Positions 39,430 to 50,369 of a DNA stretch of 64,000 nucleotides are shown here, in pieces. The translations under genes were made by a program, and so were the position numbers. Under the pieces are notes generated by a model. It was not told the DNA's origin, ran no database searches, and saw only the letters and a program-made list of their open reading frames with translations. Source of the DNA: Planktothrix sp. GU0601_MAG3 (GTDB lineage Bacteria > Cyanobacteriota > Cyanobacteriia > Cyanobacteriales > Microcoleaceae); assembly GCA_035193785.1 (NCBI GenBank), contig CP136572.1:192001-256000 (forward strand), in the 5' to 3' direction. Each line of letters begins with the position of its first letter. Within the stretch, counting starts at the first letter, position 1.

Positions 39430-39585
39430 ATGTTAAACACAAACCTACGCAGAAACTCCATTAAACTGTCTGACGTCCATCGGGCTAATATCCAAAAAAG
39501 ATTAGAACACCGCTTGGAAGTCGCTAGAGCAAATGGAGACGAGAAGTTGATTCGTGTTCTGGAAGCTGAAATGCGCCAGGGTTAA
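39430..39585 (+). CDS. pirA: PII-interacting regulator of arginine synthesis, 51 aa (below the ORF-track cutoff)
   Basis: MLNTNLRRNSIKLSDVHRANIQKRLEHRLEVARANGDEKLIRVLEAEMRQG; NtcA box upstream and terminator downstream. Confidence 0.85.
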   Translation: MLNTNLRRNSIKLSDVHRANIQKRLEHRLEVARANGDEKLIRVLEAEMRQG

Positions 39586-39681
39586 ATTATTCTTTGATCG
39601 GATTTTTGTATTTGGCTAGGCAGTGGTAAAACCCATTTGCGTTAACCTTAGTCCTAGAAGGATTTATGATTAAAAATTCCC

Positions 39682-39714
39682 AAAGCCTGGTTATGTAGAA
39701 TTACCAGGCTTTTT
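39682..39714 (+). terminator. Rho-independent terminator after pirA
   Basis: AAAGCCTGGT...ACCAGGCTTTTT. Confidence 0.75.
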
Positions 39715-39730
39715 GGTGGGTTATTTATAG

Positions 39731-39883
39731 GAATTACGAATTACGAATTACGAATTACGAATTACGAATTACGAATTACGAATTACGAATTACGAATTAC
39801 GAATTACGAATTACGAATTACGAATTACGAATTACAAATTACAAATTACAAATTACAAATTACAAATTACAAATTACAAATTA
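39731..39883. repeat. STRR heptamer array (GAATTAC)n switching to (AAATTAC)n, ~22 units
   Basis: Directly visible. Confidence 0.97.
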
Positions 39884-39939
39884 GGAATTCCCAATGGGTT
39901 TGGGGTGATATTCGGCGAGCGAGGACGCTCGCACTGCTG

Positions 39940-41114
39940 CTATATATTAATCTTAGATTGAACAAATTCCTCTAAACGTTTGATGCCTTTTTCAATAGTA
40001 ATTAAATCCGTTGCGTAGGACAAACGAATATGATCATCATTTCCAAAAGCGCGACCGGGTATACGGCGGCTAAGTGTTTTTCTTCTAGTAATAAATTGCA
40101 GAAGTCAACGGAATTAAAACCCGTTTTGTCAATATTAATGTACATATAAAATGCTCCATCGGGTTTGAGACAACTAATCCCGGGAATTGCATTTAATAAT
40201 TTGAACATAACTTCTCGCCGATTGGCAAAAGCTAGACGCATTTTTTCCACACAATCGAGGGAGTTTTCTAAAGCTGCGATCGCCCCATATTGAGCAAAGG
40301 TACAAACATTAGAGGTACTATGGCCTTGTATACGAGTTGTAGCTTTAATAATATCTATATCCCCCGCTAAATAACCCAGTCGCCAGCCCGTCATGGCGAA
40401 GGATTTGGCAAAACCACTACTAATTAAGGTGCATTTATAGCTTTCGGGATGGGCTGCGGCAATACTTAAATGTTGGGCATCATCATAAATAATTTTAGAA
40501 TAAATTTCATCAGAAACCACTAAAATACCTGCTTCCACAACTACTTCAGCTAAAGCGCGAATTTCCTCCGGGGTATAGACCATTCCCGTCGGGTTAGAAG
40601 GAGAATTTAAAACAAAAAGTTTGGTTTTGGGTGTAATACTTTGGCGTAAGATTTCCGGGGTAATTTTATAACCGGTTTCTGCACCCGTTGACACAATAAC
40701 CGGAATCCCTTCCACCAGTTTTACCATTTCAGGATAACTTAACCAATAGGGAGAGGGAATAATCACTTCATCCCCGGGATCAATCACCGCTACCATCAAA
40801 TTGTAGAGGGAATGTTTTCCACCATTAGTAACAATAATATTGTCACTTTTATAGTCTAAACCTGTTTCTTTGCTTAAGGTTTGGGCAATTAATGATCGTA
40901 ACTGGGGTTCTCCTGCTGCTGGGCCATAGCGGGTTTTGCCTTCATCCAGGGCCTTTTTCGCCGCAGCAACAATATGTGGAGGGGTATCGAAGTCCGGTTC
41001 GCCTACGCTGAAATTTAAGACATCCATCCCCTCAGCTTTCATTGCTTTTGCCTTCGCTGAGATCGCCAGCGTTACAGACGGTGGAACTTTTTCTACTCGC
41101 GCTGCTAGCTTCAT
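39940..41114 (-). CDS. aspC: PLP-dependent class I (aspartate) aminotransferase (apparent +2 frameshift near 40059-40064)
   Basis: [30 protein letters not shown]-terminus HIRLSYATD...KRLEEF lies in another frame. Confidence 0.9.
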
Positions 41115-41575
41115 ACTTTAAAAATCTGTAATTTGCTGTTTCAATCTTTAGATTTTAGGAGGGGGATTGCATAGTGGCAACCCACTTGTTATAGGATGAT
41201 AACATTATATGATAATAATTGCTACGGTTTTTCTACAAAAAATCTTAATCTGTGGAGGTTAAGGAGTGATTATTTAGGGTTAAATATTAAGAAAAATTGA
41301 TAATTTTTTATTTTTTATCTGATCTCAACAGAATAGGCTTTGATCTTTTTTTCTGGGTTAGTTAGTTAGTTATCATTTTACCCAAAATTTCTGTAATATC
41401 TAAGTGGGATGCTTGAGATTCGATCCACACCTCTGTTAACTTTTATTTCTGTGGTGGCTACACGATCGCACTCCTACTCTGCTGTTAAGGCGCGATCGCT
41501 TTCCGACTCTGCCGTTAAGATGGGATGGGGATAGGTGGTGGCTAGGACATTACACTCCGTCAAACTCAAATATCT

Positions 41576-42673
41576 TTAGTAAGCCGTCCAACCACCATCC
41601 GTGGCATAGGTACAACCCGTTAAATTAGCAGCATCTTGAGACAAGAGAAAGAGAATAATTGCTCCTTGTTCCCAAATGGTAGACGAACGATTTTGGGAAT
41701 CAACAGCAGACAAAATGCTCTGTAGTTTGAGCCCACCCATGGAGCTACCTTCTCCAGCTTTTTTGCTGGCCTTCACAAATTCACCGGCCCTAGCCACCAT
41801 CGGTGTGTCTGTGGCTGCCATATTAACTGAGTTGATCCGAATCCCGTAGGGAGCATAATCTAGGGCGGCATTTCGCGTTAAGCCTGTGACTCCGTGTTTA
41901 CTGGCAACGTAGGCGGGATTTCCGGCTAATCCGGTTAATCCGGCGATCGAACCGATATTGACGATCGCTCCACCCGTACCCTGTGCTACCATCTGTCGCA
42001 GTTGTGAGCGCATCGACTTAAATACACCCGTTGTATTCGTTGCCATCACAGCATCCCAATATTCATCAGTAGCCAGATGAATTGAATTAGGCAACAAATT
42101 GCGTTCACCTTCAAAATTCAGAGGTTGAGCCGGATCGCCTCCATCCATGACTCCCGCCGCATTCAGCACCAGATCGACACCGCCAAAGACTTTCACCGCT
42201 TCTGCTACCATCCGATCACACAACGCCGTTTCTACAACATTCCCGACAATTGCGATCGCCTTATGTCCTTCCCCTACAATCTTGCTAATGGTCTGATTTA
42301 GCTCTTTTTCCTTCCGGTCAACTCCAACCACATTAGCACCCTCACGGGCGGCTCTAATCGCCGTAGCTGATCCAATTCCCGTCGCCGCACCCGTAATTAA
42401 AATCGTTTTTCCTTGAAATCGATTGGGAATAAAATAGTCAGGATTAGTTGGCTGAATATCCATAGTTTTTAACTCACCTTTGATGGAATTGCTTGCAGAA
42501 TAAACTTCGGTATTTTGGGCAGAATCAGCTTCCCCAGTCAAGCTGGAAACCATAAGTGTTGTCACAAAAGAGCCAGCACCTAACACAAGAAACTGACGAC
42601 GTGACAGCATATATTGCATGACTTCCCGTACACCAGGATTATCAGGATTGAGATGTTGAAAATTTGGCTCCAC
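41576..42673 (-). CDS. SDR oxidoreductase with twin-arginine signal
   Basis: SRRQFL leader, TGAATGIG, YVASK; start uncertain. Confidence 0.85.
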   Translation of the reverse strand: MEPNFQHLNPDNPGVREVMQYMLSRRQFLVLGAGSFVTTLMVSSLTGEADSAQNTEVYSASNSIKGELKTMDIQPTNPDYFIPNRFQGKTILITGAATGIGSATAIRAAREGANVVGVDRKEKELNQTISKIVGEGHKAIAIVGNVVETALCDRMVAEAVKVFGGVDLVLNAAGVMDGGDPAQPLNFEGERNLLPNSIHLATDEYWDAVMATNTTGVFKSMRSQLRQMVAQGTGGAIVNIGSIAGLTGLAGNPAYVASKHGVTGLTRNAALDYAPYGIRINSVNMAATDTPMVARAGEFVKASKKAGEGSSMGGLKLQSILSAVDSQNRSSTIWEQGAIILFLLSQDAANLTGCTYATDGGWTAY

Positions 42674-42900
42674 CGGATTTCCCTAATGTCTTCGTAGTGA
42701 AGATAGTACCAAAACTTAGGCACTGAAACCAAATATCCCTCTTTTGTTACTCTCTGACAGGACTTACGCAGAATACCCAATTATACACCATCTGTAGGGG
42801 CGAATGGCCATTCGCCCCTACTAGATATGGTTGTTTTGCGTAAGTCCTGTCTGAGTATAATTAACACGACTATTTGAGTGGGGGAGAGGAAACCCGATTT

Positions 42901-43642
42901 CTAGGGTTTGCAACAGGGACTCAAGGGTTTCATCGGCCAAACTTTCTAACCCAATAGAATTTAATAACTCTTTCCACTCCTGTAAAACCTGTGGATCTTG
43001 AGGTTTTTCCTGTCGCAATACTGCTAATAAAGTTACGGTTTCATACCATAATCCGTTTTGAGCATAGACTTGAATTTTTTCTAGGGGTGTGGTGGCGGTT
43101 TCTAACTGACGAATTAAAGTTTCACTGGGGTTAATTCGGGCGATCGCTCCTTCAACTCCATCATCCTCAGCCCGCAATCTAGGATTACACTGATAGAAAA
43201 ATCGCCAACGATATTTTTTACCGACTTCTAACATCGGTGCAGATGAAGGTAACTTAAATTTGACAATTCCAGGGGTTCCCATCAAGGGCATTTTCTGCTG
43301 AAAAATTTTATTATCTTCTTCATCTAACAAAACAAATTCTACCTCCCTAGGGGGAGTTGAACTGTAGGGAACATAAATCATAAATGTGGGATATCCTGAT
43401 AGTGTTAACACGATATTGGATTTAGGAACTAATGCAGTTAAGGGTTTAGAAACCGCCGGACAATTGGTTCGACTGGAGGAACCTTGACGATCTTCATTAG
43501 GTTCACCTGGATCTGGAGGTTGAAATTCAACGGCGACTTTTTGAGAATATGAAGGGTGTTGGGCAACCCCGGATTTTGTTGGATTTAATGGGATTAAAAT
43601 TCCAGCTAAAACGAATAATAAAAATAACTTCAGGTGCTTCAT
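42901..43642 (-). CDS. DUF928-like exported protein (apparent frameshift at 42927-42931)
   Basis: Signal peptide, PLTALVP, PTFMIYVPY, YAQNGLWYE, WKELLNSIGL. Repaired end reads EPLSPCCKP*. Confidence 0.85.
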
Positions 43643-43736
43643 GGATGAGAGTAAAATCCTGTATTTTTTAGTAATTGGTGGAATTGAATCTACCTTAATA
43701 TCTTTATTGACCAACAACACAGGTTTTACGCAATTT

Positions 43737-46032
43737 TCAGATTTTTTTATTCAACTGTAATCGCCACACCCAAACCCCCGCACTTACCAACCCTAATAAC
43801 GCTGGAACCACAGGAGCCCAAATCGCCCCCCAAAACAACCCCCAAGACACCGCGCACAAGACGGCGGCTGTGGTTCCCAAGGTGATGATGATTCTGGCGC
43901 GATCACTGATAAACAGGGCAGAAACCCCTCCTAACAGCGTCCATAACCCGATCCAAACTGCATCTGTCCATTTTGACCCCACTGTTAACAACGGACGATT
44001 ATCTAAAACCGCAGACAGAATTTGGCTGACCATTTGCGCCTGAATGATTAATCCTCGTACTTCTTGATCTGGACTATAGGGAGTACGATGACCTTCATCT
44101 TTAACGCTGATGCCATTAACACCAATTAAAACTAATTTATCTTTAATTAAATTTGGATCAACTTCGCCATTCAGAATTTGTGTGAACTTTATTTCCGGGG
44201 CAATGGGTTCTGATAATCTATAGTTTAGCATGATTTGATATCCTTTTCCATTCGATTTTGGATAAAATCCAATATCAGATTTCATCGTTTTTAAAATCAG
44301 ATTACCCAATTTTATTTGATCTGGTGGCAGGTTTTGGGGTTGAATTCCTTGTTGTTTTAAATAATGAAAGGCGAGTTGAATTGCTAAGGAATGTCGGGTT
44401 TGACATCCTTGAGAATTACTCATAAATAAAAGTTGACGGCGTAAAATGTGATCGGAATCTCGCATCACATCATTAAATCCAACTTGCAGAGGTGGAGCAG
44501 CGGGCGGAGCAGCAAGACCGGAATCATTTTGATCCGGTTTTTTACAAATTAAAAATAGATTATTTTGGGTTTTAAATTGATTAATTAAGTTTTGATATCC
44601 CGGTTCAACGGGCAGATTTCGATAAAGATTTAATCCAATAGTTCGGGGTTGGTATTGGGCAAGTTTTTGTAAAAATTCAGTCAGAATTTGATCAGGAATA
44701 GCCTCGTTTTTGAAGGCTTTAATTTCTGCTTCTGTGATGGCGATTAGCAATAAACGATTATCCTGTTTTTCCATAGGGCGCGATCGCATCATCCCATCAT
44801 AAGCTTTTAACTCCCAAAATTGTAACCATCCTCCCTGACGAATTAAACAGACTAAAAGAGTAATAGTTAAACTAATTAATCCGATTTTCTTAATTTTATT
44901 TAACTCAAAATCAGGTAAATAATGGGGATTTTTACGACGTTTTAACTCTTGCCAACTGATAGAAACAATAGCCGGATTTTGACAAATAACAGGCAACCAA
45001 CTGCCGCAGGGAAAGCGATTTTCTAAGATGTATAAACGTTCCCTCGCTTGTCGCACGGCTAAATATAAAGATTGACCTTGAGAAAATTCCTGTAAAAAAT
45101 GTTTTAAAAAAGTTTGTGCCACAACATCAGGCACAGGTTTCCCGCATAACAATTGTTTGGGGAATATTTAATTGGGCGAGTTCCGTGGCTAAACCTAAAC
45201 CATCACAGGAATTAAAAATAGCAATTTGTAACCCTTTTTCAATCGCTTTTTTAAACGCAGGTAATAACATTTTAATAGAGACTTTATCCTGATGATTGAT
45301 TTTAAAAGTTCCCGATTCTTCCTGTTCTTGACTTTCACTATGTCCGGCAAAAAAGAGAATATCCCAACCTTGAGTATCCCATAAAGCCTGATCTAGTTGT
45401 TGTGGATTAGGTTCGATTAAAAAAACCGTTTCTGTCTGGGGTAAAGCGGTTAAAATCTTTTGATCTTCTGCAATATTAATTCCGGTTTTATTCCCTAAAA
45501 TCGCTAAAATTCTGATTTTTGAACCCGGGACGGATACGGAGGTTTTGCGAGTGTATTGGGGCTGACTGAGGGCTAATTCTGCCCGGGGATAATCGTGGAA
45601 AAAATGCCATAATTGCCAGGGTAAATGTCGGACTTGAGCATCAGAGGTTTCTAAAATTATTTGAATTTCATCAGTTGGTTGTAACGCCGAACGTAACTGT
45701 TGATCAATGGTGCGAAATTCAGCAAAATTAAGCCATTGATTAAACAGATGAATATATTGGGTACAGATTTCTTGAAGTTCGACTTCGGAAACATGGGTAA
45801 TATCTTCTTGTTCTAATTCAATCCGAGATAGAATTCCTAAAGTGTGGTAGAGTTCTTGATAAATAAATCGCCAACGTTGATAAAATTTAATCAATTCTGG
45901 TGCCGCAGGTAAACAACCTGTTATTTTAATCGGACGGGGATTTTCTAAGTCCGATAGTCGTGCTGTTACTAAAGGAAATCCTGCCGTTAATGACCCTTTT
46001 CCTAAATCAATGATTACAATTTTTTCCGTCAT
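43737..46032 (-). CDS. CHAT (caspase-like) + CHASE2 membrane protein (apparent frameshift at 45137-45141)
   Basis: FFAGHS and IFNSCDG dyad, TM helix, CHASE2 region (ELKAYD...DNRLLLIAIT...LKDKLVLIG-like), three C-terminal TM helices. Confidence 0.88.
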
Positions 46033-46097
46033 GTTTTATCAAGGCAATGGGCAAACCTAAAGTAGAGACGCGCCATGGCACGTCTCTACAGGGGAAA

Positions 46098-47027
46098 TTA
46101 AAAAATAAATCTTTCTGTAATAGATGCCTCAGCTAAACCGACGGTAATACTAAATTGTTCTTCTGGCATTCCTCGAAACCGGGGCAGTTGCATATAATTA
46201 TCCTGTAAACGGGATTGAATTTCTGATAAAATAGCACCTGTTTCTGATAATAAAATCAGTTGCACATTCGGGGGTAAATAACGGTCTTGGTGGGCAGGAT
46301 ATAACCGCACCCTAACTGCAATTTGTCCTTCTATTTCTGGGGTTAATGCCACCCATAATACAACAGATTGACTCCCCAACTGCATTTTTAAATCAATTAA
46401 TTTTGCCCCCTGAACAAACTCCTGATCACTACGAGATGAACTTCTTAATCCTAAAGCGGGTTGGCGAAAAACCGACTGCCAAAGTCCTGTCCATTCATCC
46501 ATTAACCATAAACTTAATCGCACAGGAGTTTTAAATTCTGACCCTTGAGGTGAATTTAAGTGAACTAATAATCCCTCAATAGGTTGTAACTGTTCCAGTG
46601 GTAATATTTCCTGAGTAATAGTTTGGATAAAGCCTAAAATTTCTGCTGTTTTCAAAGTATCAAAAATCCGCACCACCACATATCCAATACGGTCAATTTT
46701 TACTTCTGGAGGAATGCTCACAGTTTGTTGTCCTTCCCGCACGGGACGACATTCTAAACGTCCCACTCCTGTTATTTGCAAATCCGCTACATTTGCACAT
46801 AGTTGAATAATAGGATTCCAACTATCGCTCGCCTCTAATTCCGTGGCAATTTGCATCCATTCTAAATAACAATTAACTCCCCAAACTGCTAAGGTATTGA
46901 GATAAACCTGTTCTCGTTTGCCTCCTTTGGGATGTCTTAAGGCAAATTGTGTGGCAATATCCCTGGCTTCTTGGGATATGATAATCGGTAAACTGTAATC
47001 TTCTAAATTAAAACGTTGATTAACCAT
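46098..47027 (-). CDS. DUF1822-like protein
   Basis: QVYLNTLAVWGVNCYL, ADLQITGVGRLECRPV, DRIGYVVV, YLPPNVQLILL, ITERF. Confidence 0.85.
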   Translation of the reverse strand: MVNQRFNLEDYSLPIIISQEARDIATQFALRHPKGGKREQVYLNTLAVWGVNCYLEWMQIATELEASDSWNPIIQLCANVADLQITGVGRLECRPVREGQQTVSIPPEVKIDRIGYVVVRIFDTLKTAEILGFIQTITQEILPLEQLQPIEGLLVHLNSPQGSEFKTPVRLSLWLMDEWTGLWQSVFRQPALGLRSSSRSDQEFVQGAKLIDLKMQLGSQSVVLWVALTPEIEGQIAVRVRLYPAHQDRYLPPNVQLILLSETGAILSEIQSRLQDNYMQLPRFRGMPEEQFSITVGLAEASITERFIF

Positions 47028-47083
47028 AATTATTAAAGTGATTTTTCAAAATTAATGCAGAAGCAATTTCTCTTTCCTGCTTA

Positions 47084-47725
47084 CTATTCAAGATATCCCT
47101 GTGACCGGGCAAAATTACGCAAAAGCTGGCGACAATTTCTTTCATAGAAGCTACTTAAGGTACTCACTGCAACTCCCCACTCATGGGCTAGTTGCTCCCA
47201 GTGGGTTTCGGGCGGGAGGCGACTTAAAATTAATAATTGACAGGTGATGTCTGGACGCCCGCGAACGTGAGTGTTAGCTAACTCTCCAGTGGCGTCGGTT
47301 TGCGCCCAGTGACGAACTTCTTCTAACATCGGGGGAATATCCGGGGGTGCTTTCAATGTGTCGATTAAATTAATATTTTCACAGAGGGGAATATCAATAG
47401 AAATATAGCGTTTTTGCTGTTGTTGCTGTTTTCGATAACAGTCTTTTAACCGTCCTTTTAGATAAACATTTAGCCAGGTAATTATACTAGCTCTGGCTGG
47501 GTCATACTGCGCCGCCGTCGTCGCTTCACAAAGATTCAAGTACAAAAAAGTCATGGTATTTTGCCATGCGTCTTCGTAGTCCAGTGTGGACTCGTGCCAC
47601 AATTTACCGGATTTTTGGAGGAGGCGAATAATTTGGGTAAAACCCTTGCGACGTTCAACACTGGTGGGAGAATGTTTGCAGGTTTCAGCAATTAATTGGC
47701 GCAGTTGTTCATCAAGTCCAGTCAT
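47084..47725 (-). CDS. Divergent sigma-70/ECF-like factor
   Basis: LDEQLRQL...YDPARASIITWLNVYL (region-2-like) and C-terminal HTH WEQLAHEWGVAVSTLSSFY. Confidence 0.75.
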   Translation of the reverse strand: MTGLDEQLRQLIAETCKHSPTSVERRKGFTQIIRLLQKSGKLWHESTLDYEDAWQNTMTFLYLNLCEATTAAQYDPARASIITWLNVYLKGRLKDCYRKQQQQQKRYISIDIPLCENINLIDTLKAPPDIPPMLEEVRHWAQTDATGELANTHVRGRPDITCQLLILSRLPPETHWEQLAHEWGVAVSTLSSFYERNCRQLLRNFARSQGYLE

Positions 47726-47839
47726 GGGGATTTTAGTTGAGATTTGGGATTAACTTGGTTTTGATGAAATAGTGGGAAGAGTTCCAATATCAGTTAAAAT
47801 CTTATCAAATAAAGTAGATATTTTTTTATTATCAAGGTT

Positions 47840-50252
47840 ATGGGACTAAAGACTTCTTCTTGGGGAATTGGTGCGGTTACATTGTTGATGCAATTACAAT
47901 TGGGTTTGATTATCCCTGTGGCATTCGCTCAGTCCCATGCGGAATTAGATCAGATGTATAATAGGGCATCCGAACAGATTGATCAAGGAAATTTCAGCGA
48001 AGCAGTTGTCACCTTAGAGAAATTATTGGCGATCGCCAAACAACAAAAAAATCAGTTTTTAGAAGCCATAAGTCTCAATGATTTAGCCATGGTTTATCGG
48101 AATCAAGGTAATAGTAATTTAGCATTAGAAACCTCTACAAAAGCCTTGAAAATTTATCAACAATTAAACGATGAGGCGGGTATTAGTGTGGCTTTAAATA
48201 ATCAAGCCACTGCTTATCTGAGTTTAGCTCAATATCCCCAGGCAATTCAAGGATTTGAACAGGCTTTAAAATTAGTTCAGAAACTGGGCGAAAAGTCGGG
48301 AGAAGTTAATATTTTATCTAATTTAGGCGCAATTTATCAGACTTTAGGACAACATCGAAACTCATTATCCTACTTTCAACAAGCCTTAACAGTAATTAAA
48401 ACCCTAGATGATGCCCGGATGGAAGGAGTTATTTTTAATAATATCGCTACAGCCTATATTTCTTTAGGGGAATATGAACAAGCCAAACTTGCCTTTGAGC
48501 AATCTTTAAATTTAGCTAAACAAGTACAGGATGCTCAAGGTATTGGTCAACTTACGATTAATTTGGGGGCAGTTTATGAACGCTTAAAGGACTATGATCA
48601 AGCCTTAACATTATATCAAGAAGGCTTACCGATAATGGAAAAAGTCGGAGATTTAGAAGCGGTTGGGCAAGCGTTGAATAATATCGGTTATATTTATCGC
48701 ATCCAGACTCAATATTCCCAAGCTTTCGAGTTCTATAAAAAAGCCTTAGCAGTTCGCCGAAAAATTCAAGATAAACGGGGAGAAGCGGTGACATTAATTA
48801 ATTTAGGTGTGGCTGAATTTGAAGTTGGAAAATTGAACGAAGCAACTCAAACTCTCTATTCTGCCCTGGCAATTGTTGAGTCTTTACGTCCCGGCTTAAG
48901 TGATGCTAATAAAGTCTCTTTCTTGGAAACTTTTGCAAAAAGTTATGGCGTTTTGCAACGGGTATTAATTGAGCAAAAACAAATTGAGAAAGCTTTAGAA
49001 ATTGCGGAACGGGGCAGAGCTAGGGCGTTTGTTGAGTTAGTAGCAAAAAATAATATATCACCGGATAAATTAACTGCAATTTCTGTAAAATCCCCTAATT
49101 TTTCTGATATTCAAAAAGTAGCTAAAACCCAAAATGCTACCTTAGTTGAATATTCGGTTATTGTTGATCAATTTAAGCAAAATTCCACCCTATTAATTTG
49201 GGTGATTAAACCCGATGGTTTCCTTGCAGTTTCGGTCTGTTGATTTAACGGGTTTAAAGACAGATAACCTAGTTCCCATGTTAAGTCGAGAAGAACTACC
49301 ACCGACGCCTCCCCTAGATCAGCTAATTCGGGGAACTCGTGTTAGCCTAGATTCAGGAATTTCCGGGCTAATAGCAAATGATGTGACCAATAAACCATTA
49401 AATAAATTGTATCAGCTTTTAATCGCCCCAATCGCAGATTTATTACCGAAAAATCCCCAGGATAGGATTATTTTTATTCCCCATCAAGACTTATTATTAG
49501 TTCCCTTTGCAGCTTTAGTGGATGAACAAGGAAATTATCTGATTCAAAAGCATACTATTTTAACTTCTCCATCAATTCAACTATTACAATTAACCGCCGA
49601 GCCACAAAAACAACAGCCAATAAATGGGGAAAAGACCGCTTTAGTTGTGGGGAATCCTAATATGCCTAAAGTAGCTTTATTCCCCGGAGAAGAACCCAAA
49701 TTTTTACAACCACTTCCAGCTAGTGAGAAAGAAGCGATCACCATTGCCAAACTACTTCAATCCGAACCGTTATTAGGGGAAAAAGCCACGGAATCTAAGG
49801 TAATTCAACTAATAAAAAATGCCCGTTATATTCATCTAGCCACCCACGGAATCTTGAGTGATTTAACCGAATCTGGAATTCCAGGGGCGATCGCCTTTTC
49901 TCCCTCTAATTCTGATGATGGGTTACTCACCTCTGAGGAAATTCTCCGGTTAAATTTAACGGCTGATTTAGTCGTATTAAGTGCTTGTAATACGGGAGCG
50001 GGAAGCATTACCAGCGATGGAATTTTAGGTTTATCTCGTTCCTTAATCGCTGCTGGTGTTCCCAGTTTAATTGTGTCTCTCTGGAAAGTTGACGATACTC
50101 CCACCTTGGAATTGATGCAAACATTTTATCAGCAACTCCAACAAACCAATGATAAAGCCCAAGCCCTGCGCCAAGCAATGTTAATCACGATGAAAAATCA
50201 TCCCCAACCCAAACATTGGGCAGGTTTTATTATAATCGGTCAAGCTGATTGA
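47840..50252 (+). CDS. Exported TPR-CHAT protease (apparent frameshift at 49218-49222)
   Basis: Signal peptide ending AFA-QS, ~8 TPRs, ERGRARAF, IHLATHG and VVLSACNT dyad, HWAGF. Confidence 0.92.
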
Positions 50253-50369
50253 CATTCTTGGTTCCCGCCAAAAACCTGAATTTTAGACAATTGATTAAAA
50301 CTAGCTATATAATAAGGAAATACGCATTAGCGTTTGATTATCCCTTATTCTTGAGCTTGATTGTATTCG

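Noticed and set aside
47840..50252. Craspase (Csx29) linked to the CRISPR array
   Set aside because: It has a signal peptide, no cas7-11/csx30/csx31 genes are nearby, and it is ~12 kb from the array.
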